A program made the translations under genes and the position numbers. Shown piece by piece: positions 1 to 10,556 of a stretch of 42,265 bases of DNA. How positions within the stretch are numbered: the first letter of the stretch is position 1; each line of letters opens with the position of its first letter. A model generated the notes under the pieces. That model was not told where the DNA came from and made no database searches. It worked only from the letters and a program-made list of their open reading frames with translations. Source of the stretch: Octopus bimaculoides (Eukaryota); assembly GCF_001194135.2 (NCBI RefSeq), contig NC_068987.1, positions 84,630,030-84,672,294 of the forward strand, given 5' to 3'.

Positions 1-449
1 TATATATATATATATATCCATATACATACATACAAACACATGCACACATATATTTATCATGACTATTATTTTCTATGTGAATCATGGTTGTTAACAATGG
101 CACATTGATGAATTCAACTAGAATCTATTAATGAGAAATCAAACAATAGCTTAATTAATTTCACAACATTAATGCAGTATCAGATTATATCTGATAATTG
201 GTAGGAAATGGCTAAACGGAATTAAATACAAAGTGTCAATGAGAATTGATCGTCTGACGACAATTTCAAATTAGCGATGTAATTATTAGAACAAAACGAT
301 ATGTAAATGCAGCCGTTTATAAATTTTAGTATTAGTGAACGAGAGAAGTCGCTACGTACAGCTGGACCTCTGAGACGTAGGAGTCAAATCTTATCGACAT
401 TGCACGTTACATTGTCAAAGCAGAGAGATAATAGACATGCACGCCACCC

Positions 450-573
450 ACCCACACACACACACACATACACACACACACACACACACACATACACATG
501 CACACACACACATATATATATATATATGTGTGTGTGTGTATATATAAATTGTGCTCTCTCACTTTTTCTTTCT

Positions 574-604
<31 letters not shown>

Positions 605-826
605 CTTGTATGTGTATGTGTGTGAGCTTGTGTGTGTAACGTGTGTGTGTGTATGTGTGTGTGTTCGAGTGTGAATGTCTGTCTGTACGTATGTATGTAT
701 ATGTATATATGTATGTATGGATGGATGTATGGATGTATGGATGTATATATGTATGTATAGATAGATAGGGAGATAGATAAATCGATCGACCGATCGATCG
801 ATCGATAGATAGATAGATAGATAGAT
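450..826. repeat. Compound microsatellite (CA)n/(TA)n/(TG)n/(TATG)n/(GATA)n with a short (GATC)n block
   Basis: Directly visible tandem di- and tetranucleotide runs. They explain the low-complexity ORFs at 307-863. Confidence 0.95.
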
Positions 827-842
827 ATGTTTGGGATAATAT

Positions 843-975
843 ATTCTTTTCTACTCTAGGCACAAGGACCGAAATTTTTGAGGAAGGGGCTGTCGATTAG
901 ATCGACCCAGTACGCAACTGTTGCTTAATTTATCGAACCCTAAATGATGAAAGGTAAAGTCGACCTCGGTGGAAT
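843..975 (-). mobile_element. SINE family A (ggcgagctggcagaa-type), 3' half
   Basis: Reverse complement of the central domain (gtcgactttacctttcatc...gataaattaag) and tail (...ggtccttgtgcctagagtagaa), also seen in copies at 20529-21158. Confidence 0.85.
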
Positions 976-1519
976 ATATGATAATATATTTATAGATACA
1001 TTGACTACAGAAAACAAAAGAGAGACCGGTCACGTGTGATGGTTTCCAAACAACAACATCGATAAGAGAAAAATTAGTGCTCATTTTATGATGCGAGTAA
1101 ATATCAGAATATATGTAAAATAATTCTTTGGCCAACATCATATTTAGAATTTTTTCAAGTCACCAGTACATAAGTCAATATTGGTAGCAATTAGTAAACG
1201 TTTGGTCAGTAGTATAATGCACTAATTAGGTTTAACTATAACTGCTATGCATTCTCTAGTTCAACCAATGTGAAGTAAATTAGTAATTGACGAAACAATC
1301 TAAGAAGCAGACGACAATATTTTATTTACCATTGTAAATCATCGATTCCATTTTCACCAGGATTCGTTGCAACGAATGTCATTTACAAGTTATTTTAACG
1401 TAGCACTAACATTACAAAATTAATTCACGTATATTGTCTTAGTAATAAATAGTGCTTAATTTGAACAGGTAACTATGTGTTCGCTTCCTTTGAAAAATAT
1501 TTCCATAATTAGTAGAAAT

Positions 1520-1746
1520 GAGACGGCGAACTGGTAGAGTGGTTAGCACTCCGAGCAAAATGCGTAACGGTATTTCGTCTGTCTTTACGTCCTAAGTTCA
1601 AATTCCGTCGAGATTGGCTTTGCTTTTCATTCCTTTCAGTGTCGATAAAAGAAGTACCAGTCGAGCACTGGGGTCGATATAATCAACTTAACCCATCCTC
1701 ACCCCCGACGTTGTTGATCTTGTGCCAAAATTGGAAACCAATAATC
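1520..1746 (+). mobile_element. SINE family A, full length with TSD
   Basis: tRNA-like A box (tggtagagtggttag), B box (aagttcaaattcc) and central domain tcattcctttcagtgtcgataaaagaagtaccag. Flanked by the 9-bp direct repeat agtagaaat (1511-1519, 1747-1755). Confidence 0.9.
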
Positions 1747-4175
1747 AGTAGAAATAAAGCAAAGTTTAAGTTCGAAGAAAAATATTTATGGGAAATATAT
1801 CTCTGTTTTAATTTTAACTTTGTGGTTTGTGTAAAAGAACATTGCAAAAAGAGTTCTATACATAACTGCTATATGTATGAGAATATGCGCCGCAATGCTA
1901 GCGTCTCGATTAACAGAGCGCATGATCCGATATTTATTTACCGCTGAAACAATACTGTCGATATAAAAAGAACATCAATAACATTGACTTTGCTAATGGG
2001 TATCTTTGATTATTTCACACGAGAAATTTCAGATAAATTATCGACAATCTGTTTGTGTGATATTCTTATTCGCTGCAGAGTAGCTAAATACTATCGGTGA
2101 ACATACCAATGGAAACATAGTGTACGATATAGAAGTACCAAAGGTGAGAGCGTTAGATCAGGCTGTCCCCTCTCTTATAACAAAGAGACGTTTCAAATAT
2201 GTTGAGATATAAGACACAATATATTTGCACCTTTAAGATTGGGCTTTGTCTACAAACGTTTGGTTCAAAATATATTGCTATTTCTTATCCATTTCTCGCA
2301 GGCATTTCCTGCTATCATACAAAATGTATAACTTGTACAATAGCACGATAATGTGATAAATGGAGAAATTTAATATACATATATGCGAGTAAGATCCTGA
2401 TCGGATATAAAATGCCATTTGGAAAGAAGCTCTAAGAGAAAATGGTAAACCGATATCTAATTTCTGTTAAAATCAGTTGAATCATGAAAGCAAGTGATTT
2501 CCGTAACGCTGTTATTCCGTTTAGAGATGCCAAACGGACAATACATTTTCTTGTATGATAAGAAAAAAAGTGGCCTGGATTTCTCATTAGAATTTCCTAT
2601 ATGATGGAAATTCTTTCTTAGAATACCGAAAGCACATTGCTATGTAATCCTTCTTTGTGTATGTGCCTTGTTATAAAATCTACACATCAAATCTCTTTAT
2701 TGGTAATCCAGATATTCGGGCAATGTTAATGTCTTTATTTCGACACTAAGTTAACATGTCGAGCGTTAGTTTATTTTTATTATCTTAAAGACAGAGTAGT
2801 GATTCAGTGCAAAATAGTGATTTTACAAAATTAAGACATATNNNNNNNNNNNNNNNNNNNNNNNNNNNNNNNNNNNNNNNNNNNNNNNNNNNNNNNNNNN
2901 NNNNNNNNNNNNNNNNNNNNNNNNNNNNNNNNNNNNNNNNNNNNNNNNNNNNNNNNNNNNNNNNNNNNNNNNNNNNNNNNNNNNNNNNNNNNNNNNNNNN
3001 NNNNNNNNNNNNNNNNNNNNNNNNNNNNNNNNNNNNNNNNNNNNNNNNNNNNNNNNNNNNNNNNNNNNNNNNNNNNNNNNNNNNNNNNNNNNNNNNNNNN
3101 NNNNNNNNNNNNNNNNNNNNNNNNNNNNNNNNNNNNNNNNNNNNNNNNNNNNNNNNNNNNNNNNNNNNNNNNNNNNNNNNNNNNNNNNNNNNNNNNNNNN
3201 NNNNNNNNNNNNNNNNNNNNNNNNNNNNNNNNNNNNNNNNNNNNNNNNNNNNNTATATATATATATATATATTTATATACATATTTATATATATGTATGT
3301 ATGTAGGTATGTAATTATGTATGTAGCATACGTAAATAAATGAAATCTTTTAAAATTTGAAAAAAGGAAAAAAAAAAAAAGCCAGATCAACTTTTCGTGT
3401 CAACATTATCGTGTTTTAAGTGCTTATGTGTTAAAATATTCTGGAAACTGCTGGTTTAACAGATTTAATGTACTTTCCTTGACAAAGCAATCGCATTTAT
3501 GGATCTGTAGGATGTCATATAGGCAACAGAATACAACGAAAATGAAGTCGTAACATGGCTGCATTTCTAACAAGCAAAGGCTGTATGTATAAACCGTTTC
3601 TATACTTCCATCCGGACTGATCGCGTGACATATTTGCCGGGGATTTTCAGTGTCACTAGGCTGTCTACATCATCCGAAATGCTTTCTATTTTGCTTATTT
3701 TAGTTATTGGACTTCGGACACAATGGAGCATTGCCTTCGAATGTATAGTCGAACAAATCTACTGAAGTTATGCCTCGTTTTTTTTTACTGGTATTTATTC
3801 AATTTCAATTTTTGCCTGTAATGTACATTACAGGTGATGCACAAAGCATAATGCTGCTTAACGTATATTTCCAAAGTGTTCATGCATCTTTTATGATACA
3901 TATTTTCAATTATTTACAACTATGTTAACTTGAAATGAGAACGTTATATTACTCAGAACGTATCATGAAACAAAGGCCAAATAGATGTCAGAAAGTATGC
4001 ATGGACATTAAGGACAAATTAATGAAAATTCTTTGAACAGGCAAAGGGCTAATTTACTCAACAGTTCTTGTATCATTAATTCAATACTGCCAATAAAAAC
4101 TCGTGTTTTATATTTATATAAGCCGCACGGAGAAATATGAGAGTCTTTTCTCAACGTGAGTTTGATAGACATATA

Positions 4176-5046
4176 CGAGATCTGATCAATAAGTATACGG
4201 ACTGTTGCCATAGTAACGAAGCTACAACACGCAAAGTAAAGCAGCTAGGTACAAGTTGAACTTGAACTCTGTTGTGTATGCGCATTTAGTTTTGAAGTTC
4301 TAGCTCAATTCAGCTGTTTACAGCAGTACTAGGAAGGAAGCTGTGTAGCGTGCGATCGTCGTATTGATCATGACAGAGAAAGTTGTCATGGTGATACCTG
4401 CGCAAAGTTGCAGAAAGTGTATGAAGAGGCGCGTATGAGCCGCCCACATGTGTACGAGTGATTCAGACGTTTCCAAGATTGCCAAAAAATAAAATGCCGA
4501 TATTCTCGAACGTTTAGAGAGATCCGAAACCAGCATAACTGAGAAAGAACATCGCAGATGTGCGTGCAGCTGTGGGGGGAAATCGTTGAATCACCATCCA
4601 TGAGTTATTAGAGGATGTGAAGATTAGTTACGGTTTAGTTCAGTCCATTATCACAGAAGATGTGGTTATGAGACGCGTGTCGGCCAAGTTTGTGCCAAAA
4701 ACGCGTTCAGTTAACCAAAAAGACATTCGGGTTTCAGTTGTACAAGATTTCCTTGATTGTATCGAGAACGATGAAAACATTTAGAAAATTTACCGTAGCC
4801 CAAGCTTTTGGCAAAATTTGAAGCAGATTTTCTGCTTTACTTTCTCTGTCATGTTCAATGCAAAGATCACACGCTACACACCTTCCTTCCAAACACTGCT
4901 GTAAATAGCAGAAGCGAGATAGAACGTTAAAACTTAGTGCACATGCGCAGCAGCGTTCACGGTCAATCTGTGCCAAGCGGCTTCACTTCGTGTGCTTTAG
5001 TTTTGTTACTATAGCAACAGTACGGATACTTATTGATCAGACAACG
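4176..5046 (+). mobile_element. Mariner-derived non-autonomous element with very long inverted arms
   Basis: TA on both sides (4174-75, 5047-48). Ends cgagatctgatcaataagtat / atacttattgatcagacaacg. Arms of about 210-250 bp. Degenerate transposase N-terminus (MTEKV...VYE*FRRFQD...RRVSAKFVPK). No DD34D domain. Confidence 0.9.
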
Positions 5047-5334
5047 TAAAACTGCTACTGTGAATATACGTCACTGACAATACTGATGATGAAAATATTG
5101 CATTTACTTTTAAGAAGCATTTCCTACAAGAGAGATTGGGGCTTGAACTTCTAAAATAACGTATAATCTGCTTCACATGAAAGAGTTTGTCTTTAGAGCA
5201 ATACAAGAATAATTACAGAGAATATTGCGATATTGTGAAGACATCTTATTAATTTTACTTCTTGCTGCAACATATATTTCTTAGAAACGTCGATTAATCA
5301 TAGAAACGTGTATCGGTGTTGAAAAAAAAAACAT

Positions 5335-5917
5335 ACAGGCGCATAAGTAGCTGCGTGATGAGGAGCTTGGTTCCCCAACCGCATGGTTCCTGGTTCAGTT
5401 CCACTGCCTGGCACCTTTGGCAAATGTCTTCTACTATACATAGTGAAGGATGTGTGATAGGAGTATTCAGTTTTCTAAGAGGGGTGTGTAGCTCAGGATA
5501 ACAGTCACAGGAGCAGGACTGTTGGAATTAACGGGTATGCAATAAACTCTTATGAGTAAATAGATGTGAATGAAGGCTTCAAAGAACTCAAATCACAGCT
5601 CGCGCCGACCAAAGCCTTATGGGTGGATTTGGTAGACGAAAACTGAAAGAAGCCTGTCATATATTTATGTATATATGTTTATGTGTGTGTGTGTCTTTGA
5701 GTTTGTCCCCATCACCGCTTGAGAACCGGTGCTGGTGGGTTTACGTCCTCGGAAATTAGCGGTTCGGCCAAAGAAACCAAAAAAATAAGTACTAGGCTTG
5801 TAAAGAATGTGTCCTAGTGGGAGCCGATTTCTTCAACTAAAAAACAAAGTAACATTTAAGGCGGTGCACTAGTATGGCCAAGGTCAAATGACTGAAACAA
5901 ATAAAAGAATAAAAGAG
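5335..5917 (+). mobile_element. SINE family B (ggagtggctgtgtggtaag-type), interrupted by a ~160-bp insert
   Basis: Degenerate head, gcacctttggcaaatgtcttctactata, then foreign sequence at about 5439-5597. Resumes with gccgaccaaagcc...actgaaagaagcc and tail aatgactgaaacaaataaaagaataaaagag. Compare the intact copy at 35074-35553. Confidence 0.85.
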
Positions 5918-6090
5918 TACATCTGAAGTAGACGGTGGTCACCCCTGTTGCAAGCGACGGTTGTGGGTGCTAGAACCTTTTGCTGAGCCACCTACAGAGA
6001 TGATTTGCTTATAGTAATCAAGAGTACATTATTTAGATTATTTAGATTATCTACATTCGACGGATATTTGTCCTCATTTTGTTTGTTGTC

Positions 6091-6136
6091 AACACAACGT
6101 TTCGGCTGATATACCCTCCAGCCTTTATCAGGTGTC
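6091..6136 (-). ncRNA. Minimal type I hammerhead ribozyme motif (G8>A, probably inactive)
   Basis: Minus strand reads GACAC-CTGATAA-A-GGCTG gagggtatat CAGCC-GAAAC-GTT-GTGTT: stem I GACAC/GTGTT, intact stem II, palindromic stem III AACGTT. Core CUGAUAA instead of CUGANGA. Confidence 0.75.
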
Positions 6137-6203
6137 TTGGGGAAATTTCGAACCTGGGTTCTCATTCCTAAGGTATTTTTTCGATGCTATTATTATATGC
6201 TCA

Positions 6204-6278
6204 CGGGCATATTGTATAGTGGTTAAGAGCACGGGCTACTAACCCCAAGATTCCGAGTTCGATTCCAAGCAGTTACCT
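6204..6278 (+). other. tRNA-derived Pol III promoter head (not a functional tRNA)
   Basis: A box tagtggttaag, anticodon-like hairpin ggg-ctactaa-ccc, B box gagttcgattcc. No acceptor stem pairing. Followed directly by an (AAC/AAT)n tract. Confidence 0.75.
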
Positions 6279-6357
6279 GAACAATACCAACAACAACAGC
6301 AACAACAATAATAATAATGATAATAATAGTAAAAATAATAAAATTATTATTATTAAT

Positions 6358-6397
<40 letters not shown>

Positions 6398-6444
6398 TCG
6401 AAAAATACCTTAGAATTGAGAACCCAGGTTCGAAATTTCCCCAA

Positions 6445-6490
6445 GACACCTGAAGAAAACTGGAGGGTATATCAGCCGAAACGTTGTGTT
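6445..6490 (+). ncRNA. Minimal type I hammerhead ribozyme motif (intact core, weakened stem II)
   Basis: GACAC-CTGAAGA-A-AACTG gagggtatat CAGCC-GAAAC-GTT-GTGTT. Canonical CUGANGA and GAAA cores. Stem II has AA where the left arm has GG. Confidence 0.75.
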
Positions 6491-6689
6491 GACAACAAAC
6501 AAAATGAGGACAAATATCCGTCGAAGATAAATAATGTAAATAATGTACATAATTCCTCATCTCTTCAATATTGAACAGTAATCAAGATATTGTATGGCAA
6601 TTTAGCTCACTCTCTCCATCAGATCAACATTGTGTGTACAGGTGCACGATGTACCATACGTCAGATATCCAGGTGATCGTAGATCAACG

Positions 6690-6790
6690 TCAAATTAAAT
6701 GCTTTGCAAAGCAACACGACTCACTGTTCTGTCCAGGAATCGAAAATATAAAATGGAGATCGTGAATGAACACCCTAACCATTAGGGCAC
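6690..6790 (-). mobile_element. Degenerate tRNA-derived SINE head (ttgtgtccttgagcaagac-type)
   Basis: Reverse complement gives ccctaatggttagggtgttcattcacgatctcc...ttcgattcctggac...gtcgtgttgctttgcaaagcatttaattt, the same family as 38832-39002. Confidence 0.55.
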
Positions 6791-7961
6791 GTAGATACTG
6801 TGCACGTAAATAGATAATATCTGAAATAATTCATTTTTTATCAATTAGGAAAGACGCTGAAGGAGGAACATGGAATATATTCTGTATACTTATAGCATGC
6901 ATAAATATATTGAAATATTTCTTGAGCTATTCATGCAGAAATTCATTACTTGAGCGCAGAACGCTACGAGATGGAAAATAAAAAATTGCTGATACAATAA
7001 AGCAATCAGATGCTACGCACAGATACATGTATGCGTATACACAGACACACTCATGTATAACCTTGTATACACGTACTTCCGCACAAACACTCTCACGCAC
7101 ACACGTGTATATTAAGACACATACATGCACATATGCATACTTNNNNNNNNNNNNNNNNNNNNNNNNNNNNNNNNNNNNNNNNNNNNNNNNNNNNNNNNNN
7201 NNNNNNNNNTATATATATGTATACATATACAGAAGCCTTTATAAATATGTGCATACTTACAAATATGTACATAGATGCACATGTCGAGTTAGACATATCC
7301 GCCGTACAGTAGTTCTATACACTGAAAGACCAGCTCATTGATTTAGCGTACGAAGTGGCTGGATTTTCCATGAACTCTTAATGCAAAATTACATATTCTT
7401 CGCGTGACATAAGGTGAAACTATAGGCCTATTACATTACATATGATGGAGTTTAAAAGAATTCGCATACGTAACTTCATTCTGAAAGTTTGGGTCGAAAA
7501 GAGGGCAAGTAAATGTATTTAGCCAACCAATAACTGATTTTAATCAGGAAGGAAATGTTGCCGCGGGGCTTTCAACGATTAAAGGAAAGGTATTACTTTA
7601 TCAACAATTAACAGAAGAAACCTTTCCTTGAGGATTGTGGAGGATACACATCCAACAACAATAGGAAGATAAACCAGGCACAAGTACAGAAACACATATG
7701 CAAAGAAATGGAGATATTCATATTATATATGATTGTGTGTGTATGTATATATGACGGCCTCTTACCTTCCACACAGTTTCCGTCCAACAAATTCACTCAA
7801 AAAGCACAGCTCCAGGTTATATTAAAGATCACTTGCACAAAATGGAATGAAGCCTAAACCATGTGTTTGCTTGTAAAATGCAGATGTATGCCAGCACTAT
7901 ACATATATATATGCATACGCACATACACACGCACATGTACACACACACACACACACACACC

Positions 7962-8013
<52 letters not shown>

Positions 8014-8313
8014 AATGTGTGTGTATATATATATATGTGTATGTGTGTGTGTGTGCATATATAAATATATATATATATATATATTTCTTTATTGCCCACA
8101 AGGNNNNNNNNNNNNNNNNNNNNNNNNNNNNNNNNNNNNNNNNNNNNNNNNNNNNNNNNNNNNNNNNNNNNNNNNNNNNNNNNNNNNNNNNNNNNNNNNN
8201 NNNNNNNNNNNNNNNNNNNNNNNNNNNNNNNNNNNNNNNNNNNNNNNNNNNNNNNNNNNNNNNNNNNNNNNNNNNNNNNNNNNNNNNNNNNNNNNNNNNN
8301 NNNNNNNNNNNNA

Positions 8314-8760
8314 GGCAGGGTGCGATGGATAAATTGCCATCATTTAATACATTAAATTTCGCGCGTGTACGTTGTTTGTTTTTGAATTACTGTTTTTGAA
8401 GTTTTGTAGGGACAGTTGGATACCGTCTGTGAGAAAAACAGCTCCATTACACAATTCGCTCAGCCAGAAATTTGTAAACAACATTCTGTGTTGCTTGGCA
8501 TTCGCGCCGAAAGCTCCAATACGAACCTTTCGAAGTGTTTGGGTGTCGATCTGAGGACAGCGCAATCTGAGAACATGTAACAAGAGGGTTAAAAATCAGA
8601 CATACAATCAACATCATGGTGTTTGGGGTGAACACTATTGAAGTCGACGCTATAACACCATTCATCTTCCCACACAGCCTCACACTCAACATGAGTCACC
8701 TCCTCATATGAGCCCTTAGCCCACAAATCGAGTCACGAAGATGATCAGAAGAACCACACA
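8314..8760 (+). mobile_element. Internally deleted Tc1/mariner (maT/rosa-like) transposase relic
   Basis: Start cagggtgcgatggataaattg after the gap. Degenerate coding segment ...INIMVFGVNTIEVDAITPFIFPHSLTLN matches the IMVFGV...PPFIFP motif of Tc1/mariner-type transposases. Confidence 0.65.
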
Positions 8761-9464
8761 TGCAATTTACATTATTTAAATCAAAACGAGATGTAAACAG
8801 CGACGATTTGTCGATGGAAAAAGCATATAGTGTTTTGCGTGTGGAGTAAGTTTCATCACTAGCTGGTGATGAACACACGATATATNNNNNNNNNNNNNNN
8901 NNNNNNNNNNNNNNNNNNNNNNNNNNNNNNNNNNNNNNNNNNNNNNNNNNNNNNNNNNNNNNNNNNNNNNNNNNNNNNNNNNNNNNNNNNNNNNNNNNNN
9001 NNNNNNNNNNNNNNNNNNNNNNNNNNNNNNNNNNNNNNNNNNNNNNNNNNNNNNNNNNNNNNNNNNNNNNNNNNNNNNNNNNNNNNNNNNNNNNNNNNNN
9101 NNNNNNNNNNNNNNNNNNNNNNNNNNNNNNNNNNNNNNNNNNNNNNNNNNNNNNNNNNNNNNNNNNNNNNNNNNNNNNNNNNNNNNNNNNNNNNNNNNNN
9201 NNNNNNNNNNNNNNNNNNNNNNNNNNNNNNNNNNNNNNNNNNNNNNNNNNNNNNNNNNNNNNNNNNNNNNNNNNNNNNNNNNNNNNNNNNNNNNNNNNGT
9301 TTCTTCCATAAATTATAAAATAAAATTTAGGATTCATGTAGGGTCAAAGTTGAGTACATGGAGTAAATAAAATCATAATATGAACAATTAAATATAAGAA
9401 ATAATAATTTCTTAAAGTATGTGTTAATCCCCATGTAGCCAGATTTTGTGGACACCCTGTGTAA

Positions 9465-9605
9465 AGGACGGGTTCATTTTGGTTTCCATCAACCAATTCC
9501 ATTCACAAAGCTTTAGTTGGCGCCGCTATAATAGAGCATACTTGCCTAAGGTAGCACATAGTGAGACTGAACACGGTACCCTGTGGTTGTAAAGCAAACT
9601 TTTTA
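9465..9605 (-). mobile_element. SINE family B 5' part, degenerate
   Basis: Similar to the reverse complement of 35085-35240 (ccaattccattcacaaagct...catacttgcctaagg...gactgaac...tgtggttg). Confidence 0.7.
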
Positions 9606-10180
9606 CCATATTATATATACATACACACATACATATAAATACATACGCACACAAACACATACTCTATATGTGTGCGTGTGTGTGTTTATAAATAATAATC
9701 AGTCAGAGATATTTCCGAGCCTATTGAAATCTTTATTGTATTGATAGATTTATATTTCAATAATTTTAAGCATTAATTAAATAAATATGTTGTTTTCGTT
9801 TTGGCTCTTTGTCGTTCACATGCTTTTGGCAATAAATCTATGGAAATTTATCAATTTAACTGTTCGGTTTGTGTTATATTTTATATCAACAAAGAAATCA
9901 GGGAACATTTTAAATTCGAAAAACAGCTTCTGGCAGGCCAATTACATTCCAAGCAGCAGTTGAATCTTTATTGAAGTCAATTGATTTCACTTGCGCTAAT
10001 TATTCCCTTGTTAAAATTTATTATGCTCACACAAACTTATTCGATTATCTTCAAAGTATGCCCTTGTGTAACATAAAGAATCACGAATGCTAATATAGTC
10101 TTTTCATCTGTGACACCTTACTTGTTTCTGTTACAGAATTGGTTAATTCGTAGGCATTACGTCTTAATCGAATATAAACA

Positions 10181-10556
10181 CAGGTGATGCTGTGTGCTAA
10201 GAAAAGTCTGGTTGACAACTATGAGTTACTGCGTTCAGTCCCACATCGTGAAAACTCGGACACGTGTCTTCCATTTAATAGCTTCGGGAAGAAAACTGAA
10301 AGAATCCCATCGTATGTGTGTGTGTTTGTAGGTTTGTGTGTGTGTGTGCAAGTGTTTATGTCTGGGTTTGTCCGTCTCCACCGTTTGATAGTCGGCTTTT
10401 GGTATGTTTATGTACCCGTAACTTAGTGGTTCGGTACAATATACTGAAGGCATAACTTCAGAAGGAAAGTACTGGAGTCAATTCGTTCAACGAAAATCCT
10501 TCAAGACGGTACTCCAGCGTGGGCGCAGTCTAATGACAGATACTAATACAAGTTAA
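10181..10556 (+). mobile_element. SINE family B, old and degenerate
   Basis: ttcagtcccac...aaactgaaagaatccc, (TG)n, then tail gtaacttagtggttcgg...ccagcgtgggcgcagtctaatgac. Confidence 0.7.

Larger units (their letters stand above)
6024..6576 (+). mobile_element. Non-autonomous Penelope-like/SINE hybrid: inverted tail copy + tRNA-like head + (AAT)n + hammerhead-bearing tail
   Basis: Arm 6024-~6190 is the reverse complement of arm ~6390-6548. An extra 28-nt 3' extension (6549-6576) occurs only on the right arm. 11-bp direct repeat agtaatcaaga at 6013-6023 and 6577-6587. Confidence 0.85.

Noticed and set aside
9435-9462. Right TIR (gtggacaccctgtgta) pairing with the maT-like relic at 8314
   Set aside because: Only cagggtg matches the left end and a gap intervenes, so the two ends cannot be assigned to one element.
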